From Pseudovirgaria hyperparasitica (Eukaryota), in NCBI GenBank assembly GCA_010093815.1, contig ML996565.1: DNA of 64,000 nt; one strand, given 5' to 3'. Position 1 is the stretch's first letter. Each line of letters begins with the position of its first letter. This document shows, in pieces, positions 1 to 12,700 of this stretch. Below the pieces are notes generated by a model. That model did no database searches. It was not told where the DNA came from and saw nothing but the letters and a program-made list of their open reading frames with translations. The position numbers and the translations under genes were made by a program.

Positions 1-304
1 GTTGTTTTTGGTACCCATCGTCTTTGGTTATTTTGGTCTCTAGTAAGACTCTTGTGGGCTCATCTTCCGACTGTACAAATATGCGCGCCTCGTCCTGAGT
101 TCCTGTCAGCACCATGAGGTCACACAGAAAGAGGGCTTTTGCCTTGGCGCAAAACCTGTCGCGCGTCGCGACGACAAGATCAGGACTTACACTCGCTTGT
201 TGGCCAGTACAGAAGCCTGTCCCCCGGTCGAACCAATCGTTATTCTTGAGCTCATAGACCTTGACACGCTTCCGATCGTTTCCTGGTGGAGCGGCCAAAG
301 CCAT
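1..304 (-). CDS. PSY2: Protein phosphatase 4 regulatory subunit 3 (Psy2/SMEK), 5' part; runs off the left edge of the window
   Basis: Not in the ORF track. Manual minus-strand translation from ATG 304 gives MALAAPPGNDRKRVKVYELKNNDWFDRGTGFC, then intron 190-95 (GTAAGT..GCTGAC..CAG), then DEARIFVQSEDEPTRVLLETKITKDDGYQKQ. This matches the N-terminal EVH1-like motif of Psy2/SMEK (RVKVYxL..W.D.GTG.C, YQKQ). Confidence 0.88.
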   Translation of the reverse strand, partial: MALAAPPGNDRKRVKVYELKNNDWFDRGTGFCTGQQASVSPDLVVATRDRFCAKAKALFLCDLMVLTGTQDEARIFVQSEDEPTRVLLETKITKDDGYQKQ

Positions 305-674
305 ATTAATGACGTTGCACACCTCTGCCGCTCTTCCAGGGCGTTTTTACCCTTGAGAGCAGGACAGAGATATGTTTCGATACGAGCGGAAAGTATATAT
401 AACTTTCGGGATAACAGGTAAGGAGTGGTTTTGGGTAAATGTGCTGCTGCGGGAATCGCGCGAGGTATGACGGAGAGATCGACGGAGGATGAGTCGAATG
501 AGGCGCGACACGTCAACAGCGTTCGAGGCGATTCTCCAGCGGCGCAGGCAAAGAGCAAGCGACAGTAACGGGCAACCGTCGACCGAAGAAGAACAAAAGA
601 TGGGAGATGATGCGGATGGAGACAGGTGCGGTGCCGGTGGTGGTCGCGCGTCGTGTTTGCGCGGTAAGGCTTAG

Positions 675-715
675 TAGGTAGGTAGGCAGGCAGGTCGGTA
701 GGTTAGGTAGGGTAG
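675..715. repeat. Degenerate (TAGG/CAGG)n tetranucleotide tract upstream of PSY2
   Basis: taggtaggtaggcaggcaggtcggtaggttaggtagggtag read directly. Confidence 0.7.
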
Positions 716-1152
716 CGATGCGGCTAGTAGGCGATAACGATAACTGGCGTTCCGAAGGCTTCGACGCCTCGAAGACAGTCGAGAAGTGCACGCGACGGCG
801 TCGAAGATGGCGATGGTGGATGGAAAGGCGACGTCGAAATAGTAGACTGGGCGTAGCTTGAAACACTTGTAGACGGATGACAGCGGGGCTGTTGGGCGCG
901 TATGTCGTAGATATTAATTATGCTGGTGCTGGGACTGAACCACCTGGATAGGTGGATTCTCCGGAGAGACCTAAGCACGTGCAAGAACGTGGACGCACCA
1001 TGCCAAGGTTCTGCCTCAGGCAGTATTAAAGCGATCGATCATAAGGCTTCCTTGCCAGCACAGACAACATCAAGCCCCCATCTCATCTTTGGAGGGTTTC
1101 TTTTATTTCTGATCTGCTATAATTGCATGTCTGGCATGCTATGTAGCTCTCC

Positions 1153-4100
1153 TCAATACACTCCAACGATAGATCGGATGGCCATCTTGACGCTCTCCAT
1201 CTTTCTCAGTGCGGCTTTCTCCAGAGTTTTGTCTACCGCAATGGTCAATGCCTCATGCACCGCACTCCCCTCAGCGGCAGTCTTGAATTCTGCCAAAGCC
1301 TGCTTAATCTCACTACCTTTTCGCCCAACCTTCGTTGTCTTTTCTCGCCATTGCAGCAGCACATCTGCCGCGTAAATCACACGAAGAGCAAGGACAAATA
1401 CCTCTGGTTTACTAGTCCAGCCTAGAGGTCCATCATACTCATCTCGTGCCGCCTGGGTGAGCGCACCAAGCCCGTCCATCGTCCATGTAGTCAGGACTGC
1501 CGCAAGGTCTGGGGGAATGGCTTTGGCATCCGCAGCGACCAATACGCGTGACCAGATCGAAGTCTCCCTGGAATCGTCGGCGAAGAGATTTTGCTTCTCT
1601 TTAGCGAAAAGTGTTGAGTCTATTGCTCGTACCTGTGCGTAAGTCTCCAAGAATGGTTTCATAGCAGCCGCCCCATCACGCGAATCAAGACCAAGTAACC
1701 GCCAGAGTGCACCATAGAACAGGTCTGAAGACGTGGAGTACTGTCGCGCCATATACTGAGCCAGTCTCGCGCTCGCGATGAGTGGCACTTGCTTCCTCAC
1801 TTGCATTCTTTGAGGGGAAGCGAGGATACGAGCCGCGACACCCGAAGCGACATCTCGTATCTCGTCATCGTCATCTTTCAGGGCATCATATGTAGCAAAC
1901 ATGAGACTGAGTCGTGCTTTATCGAATCCGTTGCCAGGCTGCGTCCAGATATTCTGTAAACCGTCCAGAGAGCGGACGGCAGCGAAGCGCTCATAGAACG
2001 ACTAAACATTGTCAGGCAATATACCCGGTGCTAGGCTACGGGTGAGCTTACGCAAGTGTCTTTGAGGGAGCAATCAATCCTTCGTCCAAGCTCGACGAAA
2101 TCATTCGCTAATAGCCATCCAAGATCCTGTTGCCGCAAATTGCGATGAGTCTGCAGACGCAGGTCCAGCAAAATTCCCGAGATACTCAACGAGGCCTCTA
2201 GAAAAGATGGTGCCGCTGCGAAAAATGGTTCGGTGTTCGTTGCGATGGATAGTAAAGGAGCTAAGGTAGTCTCAGTAATGGTATTTGATGTTGACAAGAA
2301 CCGCAGTAGACTGTCTGACGTGGTGAGAAGCGTTGCCAGGACTTGTGGGTTAGCTGACAATGTGAACGCATTGATTGCAGTTACAATTTCGAGCAAGACG
2401 CCATCTAGTCTGAGAGAATTATCTTCGAAGATGGTAGCAATACTCTCCAAAATGGCAATTGCCGTCTCTGGCTCTTCCGCATCTGCGATAACCTTTAAGG
2501 CCTTCGGGAGAGATGTGCGAACGGAGCTAGAGTTATATACTATATTGTTACGTATGTAGAACTCGGCAGCTGAACGTCTCAGAAGGGAAGATAGGCAGGA
2601 CTCGCGCTCAGATGCTACAATCGGAGACAGTATGTCTATTTCGATCACTTTAATAAAAGCTTCTTCGATTTCTAGAGACGAGTCATTCCGAAAATTTCTG
2701 CTCCGCCCGTGTGCTTTTGCTGCAAGTAGTAGTAGATTTACATATGCATATCGTGTGACAGGGCAAGAGTTGTGCACATAGAGGTCGTTATTTTGACCTA
2801 GGAGGTCGACATAAAGATTGTTGTCTGGTGAACATCAGATGTGGATGCGAGGATGGACATGGATTGCAAACCTTCAGTATCTGCACACTGGTTCGACATC
2901 ATCACGGCGTATTTGAGAGTCAGCAGTCTTCCATGCAAGTCATTTTGAGAAGTGTAGGCACCGAGTGCGATACTCTCATATGTCATTTGGAGCTCTGTGG
3001 GGTCAAACGTTCGGGCAAGAGTTTTGGCAGCCATATCCCGAATATGCCAGCTTGGACTGCAGATCAGATCGAACATGAGCTTGCGGAATTCGGCGACATA
3101 CGATGCAGGAGGTGGCGCACGTTGCAAGATCTGCAGAGCTGGGAAGACTGCCTCCGTTTGTATGACTGCGGTAGCCGGTGCTTGTGGGTATCCAGCATCT
3201 GGAGAGCTCTCCAGTTTCGGTCGCAGAGAACGCAGTAGAGTATCGAGGAGACCAGGGTATTTTTCGTACGATAGTTTCGAGTACTTGGTTGAAACAAGAC
3301 TTTCGCCTTGGTCATCGTTACCAAGTAAACGGTCTATTAGAGCCCTAAAAAGCATGAGGCCGCAGTTACGGATAGCCCAGCTACTATCAGTTAGTCAACC
3401 CAACGGCTTCAGAGATACACAGCCTCACATAGATGACTCGAATTTGCTGCCGGCCATGGTAAGGATCCTGCCGATGTACGGTTCGGAAGCCTGGCCAAGC
3501 TTCGTATGTGTGAATATGTCTTTCAGGCAATTCAAGGCATGTACCTGAGGCAGATCACTTTCTTCAATATTTGCGTAAAATCCTTCTTCCGAGGCCGCGT
3601 GGTGAAGTTCCTCAATTGCCCGACCAAACAAGGTACCTTCTGGCTCTGCAGTCAAAATTCCGATCATCAGCGCCGGAATACCACCAGAACGTCTGGTAAG
3701 CACAGTGGATCTGCTTTGAATTGCTTGCATAGTTTCCTAGGTAAGACTCAGATTTAGCGTCATCCATAGTTGTTGTACCGATCTTACCTCAAACCACTGT
3801 GAAAGTAGACGAGAGACTTCGGCAACCTTACTTTTGGCACAGCGAGCACAAAATGATGCAAATGTCTGTGCCACCGTCGAGAATGCTCCGCGATGGCGGA
3901 GCTCAGTAAGCTGCGTGAAGCATAACTGGCCTAGTGATTCGAATTGGGAATATGTCAACATGGCTCTTTCCTCGTCCGTTCCCAGTGTCGCATTGGTTGC
4001 GATAGCCCTCAAGAGGAGACTAGGCGTATCAGCATTATACATAGATTACACCGAAAATGCACACCTAGCGTCTTTGAGCGCTCTCCAAGAATAACTGAGA

Positions 4101-6559
4101 ACGTCTTTGGTCGAGAAAGCTTGCTCGCCTTCAAGCTCGGGGGGCAGGTGTCCTTCTGGTGCATCGTTACAGAGAACATGTTGGACAGAGGACCACATCC
4201 TTCTTATACAGTCGAAAATACGGGCATGGAGCCATGCCCAATCGTTCCCAGTTTGAGCACTTGGCTTAGATGCGATCAGTTCCGAATAGAAACCATCTTG
4301 ACTAATGATATAACTAGACAAATGTCAGGTACGCCATCTGCGTGAATCAGTCGCAGTGTAGGAAAGGTCTTACGTAAGACTTGCAAAAATGCCATGCATG
4401 GGATTGCCATTGATTGCGAGAGATGAATTCGTCTCTGCGATACGTATGGTGGATTCAAGTTGCCCAACAAGCAGGCTCACCACACCAAAAGCTCTGCTAC
4501 TGTGTCTATGCCCGTCCTCTAGATCTTGATCCTGAGAGGGACGCCGCTCAACGCAATTTAGCTCATAGAGCCTCGCGACGCCATCGGCATGATCAGCACG
4601 TCCTGTTCGAAGCATAGCTTCATTCGCACGAACGATCAATTTGGTAGAAATACCAGAAGGCTCTGCCAGTGCTGGAACTACTGACTGCTTCATCACTGGA
4701 AGATGCGTATGCTCAGAGCTCAGGAAATGGTACTTTAGAATCATGCTGGCTAAAGTGCGAACATCGTCAAAGGCGTTCAGCATTAGATCGTACAGGTTCC
4801 GCAAGAGGTGATCACTGATGATCGAGATATTGAACGGCCATAAAGTCTGACCTCGAGCTTGCTTAGACAGGCAAGCACAGGGTATCCTCTTGTCTAGACC
4901 GGATCTCAAGGCGATTATAATACATTTCAGAGAGACAAAATGCCGCTGGTAAGGTGATGTCGGTCGAAGGTCCGAGATCCTTGACTGAATTATTGCCTGT
5001 AGAAAGTTTTTGTGCGCGTCAAGTAGTATTCGCTTGGACTCAGATTTCGAGGATTCTGGACTTTCAAGAGCCTGTAATTTCAATGTAGACTTCTCGACGT
5101 CCCGATTCAACGCAGCAGTCGCTGCCCTCAGTCTATCAAACAGTCTTTGAATGAGACCAAGTACCTCAGACCTAGCGTTTGCATCAGTATCGGCGATGAT
5201 GTTTGGCAAGATCTGTTGCAAGACTCGCAGTGATCCCACTGTAAATGGTCGTGCTATGAAAGCAGATGAGGTAAGTAGTGAAAATGCTGATAGCCTGATG
5301 GTCTGCGATATATCCCCAAGAAGGCGCGAAATGAAGGCGTCCGGTATTTCGATGACTTTTCCTTGTATTCGTACCGTCTTGCAATTTCGTGATTCTATTT
5401 GGGTCAGTATAAGCGTTTGCGAGATATGCAAATTCTACCATACTGACCAACATCGACGATGAGACCTATTTCCTTACCCGACTGTAATGCAGCAAATAGA
5501 AGTCCGATCTTGGCGGATGGGTGTAAAGTCTTTTCAGTGTACCACTTGACGGATGTATTACCTTCCATTACATCAACATAGTTTCCGAGATCGAGATCGT
5601 AGAGGAAAGTCAAATAGTCTTCTAAGTCAAAGGAAAATAAAGCCGGGAAAACAAGGTTCTTGTAGCTCTGCAACTCCTCTGAGTGTGCACTAAAACTTTG
5701 GTAGAATGGTATGACCCATGGAGGCGGTTTCTGGTCATCGTACACATCTGGAAGATCGTCCTTTTGCTTTAAGGAGTAAGTCAAGAGACTCGATACGAGT
5801 CTTCCAGCTGTATGCGCAGCATCATTGTTTGGGATACTGTTGAAGAGGAGTTGAAGCAGGTCTCTGAGGAGGGCAGAAATCGAGGAGATCCCCTTTAGTG
5901 TTTGATTCTGAAATAAGCCATATGAGGTCAGGAGCTCTCGTACACTTAAGATACCTTTCTGTAGGAACAATTCCAGGGCCTGTAGGGCTGGCTTCAATTG
6001 AGACCTACTCGTCCGTCCAGTGATGATCTTCAACAATTTTTGTATCACATATTCGTGCACCTCTGTCCTTCTGTCCGGAGGAACATCTTCGCGAAGAGTG
6101 GTGGTGAGGATCACTAAGAGCTGTCTCATTGATCTTGGCTTCACAACATCGGATCGTTCCAAAAAGAAAGACAAGGCCTGGAGCCAGACATCATTCGTCC
6201 AAAGACAGCCTTGTACGTTCTTGATTTTGGATTCGTGGCAAGTCTCCAGGACAGCACAAAGCGGATTACACGCAGCAGTTCGTTGGGATGCCGTCGAGTT
6301 TGGGCCATTCGCAATCTCAAGAAGTTCGGTAATGGCATTAACAAGGATGCTATACCAGGTCAATGTATTGATTTTCGCAAATACAGGTAGAAAACCAACA
6401 TCAGGTTTCAAATGAATGGTCACCTGCAGAGCGTCCTTACATATTCTTCTCGTTCGTATCTTCGCTGCTGTCATCCCCAGCTAAAATTATTGCCGACAGG
6501 TCACTGCCAAGCTGTCTTAGCACAAGGTCGTCGTTTACGATATCACGGGGCGGGCGCAT
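1153..6559 (-). CDS. TRM732: tRNA C32 2'-O-methyltransferase regulator Trm732/THADA (DUF2428, HEAT repeats), about 9 exons; start codon approximate
   Basis: ORF fragments 5404-6474, 4370-5431, 4046-4321, 3737-4042, 3425-3730, 2798-3355, 2031-2777 and 1153-1902 join via short GT-AG introns. They carry DUF2428-type motifs SWRALK, RHRGAF, TRRSGGIP, PQVHALNCLKDIF, WAIRNCGLMLF and LxDDDDEIRD. Confidence 0.9.
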
Positions 6560-6900
6560 ATTTTTATTAGAGTTTCATGGAGAATCTTGCATGATGCAAG
6601 TCAAATTGCTCAGGCGGTCTTGGGTACTAAGCGATAAATCTCGACTAGCCCAATACGTACTAGTTGGAATACTTGAAGAAATGAAACATGGTTAACACTG
6701 TGGACTGCAAATAATCTATTTGAGTTACACAAGGATGAAGCGACAGGACGATGCACGGACTATCAGTGTTTGTAGGTATTCTATTGACAGACAGCAGGTC
6801 GCACAAGCAGGGAAACTGCCGCCTGCAACTATTGACAAACATGAAAACAAGGATTTCTGCATTCATTCACGGTCCTCTCACAAGTATCTGATACCACACC

Positions 6901-8463
6901 ATGGATCCGTCACATATTCACACCTACAAGGAGCAAGAGGACGACTTCAACCTCTTGTTCACTGATACTGCGCTGGGCGAATATGGGACTAATGACGACT
7001 TTATACAACCTGCACAGCCGTCCAGTATACTTGTTCCACAGTCTCGCCACGTTCGAGGCGTTGCTTCGGACCAAGTGGGTATAGATAGGACACAAGCGCC
7101 AGCTTTGCGCAGTCCTTTACAAGAAGTCGTACCATCGGAAGCAAGACAATATGAAGAAGATATACAGTATCGGCTTACGACTGCCGCGGCGAACACCTCG
7201 GTGAGCCCTACACTTTCAAATGGGGACCTGATCAAAAATACGACTGGCACAGATACATCAAATGCACAGACTGGTGAGGTGGACGATGCGATGCGACAAC
7301 TCTTAGACATGTACAATGACCCTGATCCAGAATGGGACAGATTGATCCACGATATCGGTGAGTTGGGTCTCAGGATCAGAACAGGTGCCGATGAAGTGGA
7401 GCCATGGCCAGGCTTTGCGCCATGGGAGCAGACGGATACAAGACCTCTGGATGACTGGCCTCGACTAAGCCAGATGGGAATCTCAATGGAAGAGGCCAGT
7501 CTGATAATGTCCAGTATAGACGATTGGTTTGAGAGTACTCAAGCGACAGTCCTGGCAGATATAAAAAAACGTTTGTCTGTGCAAGATGTCAAGACGTTCG
7601 TCGAAAACGAGGTGATGATCCGCCTAGATGGGTACGGTGAACCGGATTCGAACACAGCGATGTCAAGACTGGGAGTCATGAGGGCTATAGTGCGTTTGTT
7701 CATCTATCGGCATCGTCGAAAGGTACAGGAGCTGAGAGACAGAGGGAAGCTTTCGGAGGAGCCTATGTTCGGGCCTCTACGTCTGGTCGACGAGATCAAT
7801 CAAGACGGACGTGTGGTCTGGTATCAAGACTTGTTTGTTGAGCAGAAGACATGCTACGAGCAATTCTTGGACGATTTGGCACGTCACTATGCTCCATATC
7901 TTGAAGACGGTGTATCCGGCGACCTTGATCTTCGGAGATTAGAGTTGAGGAAGAAGGGATGGCGTACGGTAACTAAGAGCGAAGACGATGGTTCCGATTG
8001 GACGCAGAGGTCTGATAATGGACGAAGAGTGTTCTGTATCTCTCCAGCAAGAGATGCTGCTCGCTGGATTCGTCTAGGAAATCGTCAGTTTGAACAAATC
8101 AGGGACGCATATATTCAGAAGAAGGAGCAAGTTTGGATATTTGTAATGCCTGTAAGTTGAGACCTGTCCGCATGTGTTAACCCAGTCTTACGATGCTAGG
8201 AGGACATGTATCAGGAGGCCAAAGACGTTCCAGGCCGAAGCCATCAAAAAGAGGATAGGTTTGACTTCATCCGCAGCATGAGGTTGAACACATCTCGAAG
8301 CCGTCAAGAGGCTGAGGCGCCCCCGTATCCACCACTCGAGTTGTCGTTAGAACAACTCGCAATGCTCCACGCAGACCGGAGCGAACCATTACTCGAGACA
8401 TGGGATCGTTTGGACGAGCAGTGGAAGAAAGAGGTGATTTGGCAGAAAGATGAGATGGAGTGA
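6901..8463 (+). CDS. Hypothetical protein, about 504 aa, two exons (intron 8152-8199)
   Basis: A 419-aa ORF is followed by a phase-0 GTAAGT..TAG intron that links in frame to the 8206-8463 ORF. No family recognised. Confidence 0.7.
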
Positions 8464-9542
8464 TGTGATGTTGCGTAGCGATATCTCCGCTTCGCTGTGG
8501 CGTCCATCCCAGGTATCTAATTTTGCGCTCTGGGACTCGGAGAGCCATCAGTCAGTTCTTCTGGCTATTAGCTTTATTCCAAGCGCTTGCAAATTATCAT
8601 GTACTTCAAGCGTGGCTCCTTATGTGAGCAGGTACACCCTTGGTGTGCTGATCAGCTGTGACTAGAACCAGATATGAATTTCAATTGAGACTTGAAGTGT
8701 AGTGATAATTTATGCTAAGACCGAATAGGACTAGCCGCGATATTCATAGAGCGTGAAACTCCGAGGTCGTGCTTATCACGTCTCCCTATCGCAACATCGC
8801 CGCATTGAAGGTAATACGTGACATCCGTCGGAGGGAGAAGGATCTGTAATTCTGCTCATTTAACGGTCGACCCAATAAAGTGCAGTCCTCAAACAATAAG
8901 ACTGAAGCCGCAAGAGTTGGAACTTGGTGATGGCATCACAACCACAATGGAATAACATTGTGGGGATGGAGTTGCATTGATGCAGGAAGAGGCGAGACTG
9001 TAAGTCGAGACATGAACAATGCATAGTGGGCAAAATAGCTAGTCTGGATGAGAGACGGACAGTATAGATTTGTCTTGTGATGTGTAACACGACATTCACT
9101 TCACTTATACCACTGGGTATAATAGCGACAGACGTGAGAAAGAGTCACTGAGCTATATCCAACACGACATGTACCCGTCAACCCAATATTCATGAAACCA
9201 TTCACTGTAATGAATACCTACCCGGCCCTTGGTTTCCAGAGCCAGGCTCTAGCAGGCTGCACTCCAGCCCAGACCGTACGTACACAACAAGAACGGACTT
9301 ATTACTTCTGGAAGTGCTATAAGCCCGAGATTCAATTTCCCCCGTAAATCCTTCCATTGATCTTTATCCATTTTTCCTACCTTATACATCCCATAATTCT
9401 TTGAACTCAATCCCAGCGCAAACCGTCTTTCTTCACACTAACAAAGAGCGGTCTTCGCGACAAACACAAGTCTGCCGGTGGGTAGAGGTTTTTCTTAACC
9501 TTATCTGCTCTGGTCTAACGCATCACACAGAATTACCCCAAT

Positions 9543-9576
9543 TACACACACTTACACACACACACACACACACACA

Positions 9577-9627
<51 letters not shown>
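9543..9627. repeat. Compound microsatellite (AC)n(TC)n
   Basis: A perfect AC run is immediately followed by a TC run of about 48 nt, roughly 110 nt upstream of ATG 9738. Confidence 0.98.
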
Positions 9628-9629
<2 letters not shown>

Positions 9630-9737
9630 CCGCGTCTACAACAAACTGCTCTAGACATCACATTCGACTGCCCTTGACAGTCGTAATACACGACAGTCCA
9701 CATTCAACTTCCTCAAAGTACTATCTGACACTCTTCA

Positions 9738-12700
9738 ATGAGACACTCCGACGTCTATACTGGTGGTGGCCGTGGTCATGCGCATCGGGAACCAATTGGT
9801 CCATCCGACACTTACGCTGAAAATATGGGAGAGCAACGCGGAATTGAATCGAACCAGGAAGCAGAGGCATATGCGTCTTCGGAGTCGTTTGGTACATCCG
9901 AACCACGCAGACCACTGCAACGAAGAGATTCAGGCTTCTCCCAAAATCGACGATATGACCCGGCTCGTCATGATCAGGAATCACCCAATGCACAAACTTC
10001 GATTAATGGAAAGATACCATATCATTATCAGCATCGAAATTCTCAACCTTCCCATCATGACTGCGATAGATTGGTGAATTGTCGATCTTCAGCGTCCAAT
10101 GAACTACTGCCTAAGGTTGAAAATGGCGATTTTGCTGAAGGACACTCATCGAGTGTTCAATTCTTCACCCATAAACCTGAGTCCCGTCAATTGAAAGCAG
10201 TAGAGTTGCCAAAATATCAATATGCATCGGAAAGAATGGAAGAAGCGGCTCTTAAAATGGCTCGAGTGCGGAAACAGCGTTTGGAGGAACAGAATAGGAC
10301 TGCCGTTGGAAAAGCCCGAAAATACCTCCACGATGCTCGTCCACTCGGCAGACTTACAAGCCCACAGGGAGTGTCGTACGCTAGGCAGCTCTCCAGTCCA
10401 TCTGCCGTAGCTCCTCCACGGTCCGCTCAGCCTAATCCAGCCTCGCGTACAAGAGAAGATCACACATCTAAGGGGGAACATGTTCATCTACCTCTTGATG
10501 ACAACGGTCTGAGACAGGTGAAACCATCCACCTTCGCCAGACAAGCGCGTATGAATGGCTCACAGGCGCCTCATCTTAAATCTCCTGACTATGAGTCGTC
10601 GTCTTCCGAATCTGTCTGTCCGAAAGTCTCAACCTCAGAGCGCACGGTTGGTATGCATATGCCTCGAAAAAGAAATTTCAGCTCTATAGCTGAAGACGAA
10701 GGCTCTGAAGAGCAAGACGACAGATCGTTGATCAGTGTTCCTGCAACAAGCTTAAGGGCTCCATCCCCTAGAAAACGAGTGGTTGTTGCGGATATGCAGC
10801 ATTGCCGCAATGATTCCCGTGATGCCACACTGTCCTCTGGTGCATCTAAAAGCCAGCAGTTAAGGGAGCAGAACCGACAACATGATAAAAGCGCACGTGA
10901 GCCGCGACAAAGAGGGCAGAGTACCACTAAATGCATTGAAATCGATGAATCCAAGCTTGCGCACTGTCAAACAGGTGCATCGAAAACACAAACCGCTACT
11001 CGACCACCTGCATTGCCACAAGCCATGAAGCCTGGACGAAATGCGGATTCGGCAAAGTCGTACTCCATCGGTCCAATCTCAATTGGTCCTACCAGAAAGA
11101 AAGTCAGAGTCGAAGAGATGCATCATTTGAAGGCTCCCGTGTCGCTTCAGAAACCAACATCTGGTCTCAGTCTGCCTAACAGTGTCCTTAATGACGAGAC
11201 TGTCTCCAAGAAAGTTCGCCCCAGGGAGGAGAAGGAGTCCAAGTCCTCTAGATCTGCCTCGTCAACAATTCGTTATCGTGGTGGTAGCTTGGCTAATGGG
11301 CCCCGAGGGGTTTCAAAAAGCATCGCTACACCAGAGACTCCTTTGAACCGTGCGATGCCAAATTTGGGACGAGCTAGACTGGTACAAAAGTTGATCAGCC
11401 GGAATAAGGGTCCGGACAATAGCAAAGTCGGTCGCTTGGTTGATTCTCCCACCGTTCCTCAGAGTCTTGCTCAGCCGGTATGCCAGTTGATGGAGAAGTC
11501 TTCTAAACCTCAAAATACCGCAGAGAGGGTAGAGGAGACTAGCGATGCTCAGCAATCGCAAGTGCCAATACCAGAGAAGATGGACACGAATATGCGAGAG
11601 CCCGAAGATGTGCCTCATACCACTCGCAATCATCAGCATATTGAAGTCATGTACAAACCCGTAAACGCAAGCTGTCACGTTGGCATGAAGTCTTCCAAGG
11701 CGAATGCAAACTCAAGTAATCCAGAGAAGTCAGAGAGTGTAAATACAACCGAGTCCGAAGTTGGTAAAACACTTGCGGCTATGAATTGCATTGCCATCGA
11801 GCCAGATGCCATCGAGTCTTCGAATTCTTGTCCCGATCCTGAACAAAGTGTCAGCTGTCAAAGACCAGCTCCGAAAGCAGACCTGGACGTATTATCTACA
11901 TCGACTCCAACGGGACCTTCCCTGCCTGCCCCTGCGTCACCCACGAGCGCCAAAGTATTGCCAGCACAAAAGGCTCCAACACAATCCCAAGTAGTACACA
12001 ACCTAGCAACGCTAGCTTGGTCGGAAAGTCCTGCTCCTACAGACGGGGTGGCTACACCGTCGCCAACTGCGAACCCACTGACAACATACTCCCAAAGGCC
12101 AGCACTTGCTCCTATCGCAGTCATGTCGCCCTCTGTGCCAATGTCAACTATATTACCCCACGCACCCGTAGCGAACATATTTCCCTCTCAGGCGTTGACT
12201 GTAGCCCCTTTATATGATCCATTACTAGCGGATGACTCGTCGCTTTTCATTCCAGAACCAAACGAAGTTCCAATGGCAGAGGAGCTACCAAGAGAGTCCA
12301 ATAGCCCCAGAACGAGCTTTACGTTTCCGGAAGATCTGACAATGCTAGAAGAAGGTCACGATATCAAACGTAGCATAGCCGTGAGACATCTAGAAAGAAT
12401 AACAAAGGAAGCAGAAAATAATCAACGGCGACAACGGCGAAATGAAGAGGTTCTGCGGATGGAAGAGATTTTCGAGAAGGCAAAGATAGAGCAAAATAAG
12501 GCCGAGAAGGCAGAAAGCGCAAGACTGGATGGGGAGAGGACCAAACAAGTCCTTCGTGACCAAGCCGCTCAGCACAAGTCTGCGATGTGTAAGGCCGATG
12601 AAGAGATGCGAGAGATCACGAGAAGACATAGAGACGGAGCTGACGAAGCACGTCCCGATGAAGAAGCGATTCCGCCATCATCGACAACCACGATAGCTTC

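Noticed and set aside
187..984. ORF-track calls 187-558, 513-866 and 724-984
   Set aside because: Wrong frame or UTR/promoter sequence. The real coding frame is the spliced PSY2 starting at 304.
4339..4374. Apparent nested intron or stwintron in a TRM732 intron (second branch point plus CAG)
   Set aside because: The proximal intron would be only 36 nt and lead to a stop, and no donor is regenerated. The distal TAG restores the conserved frame.
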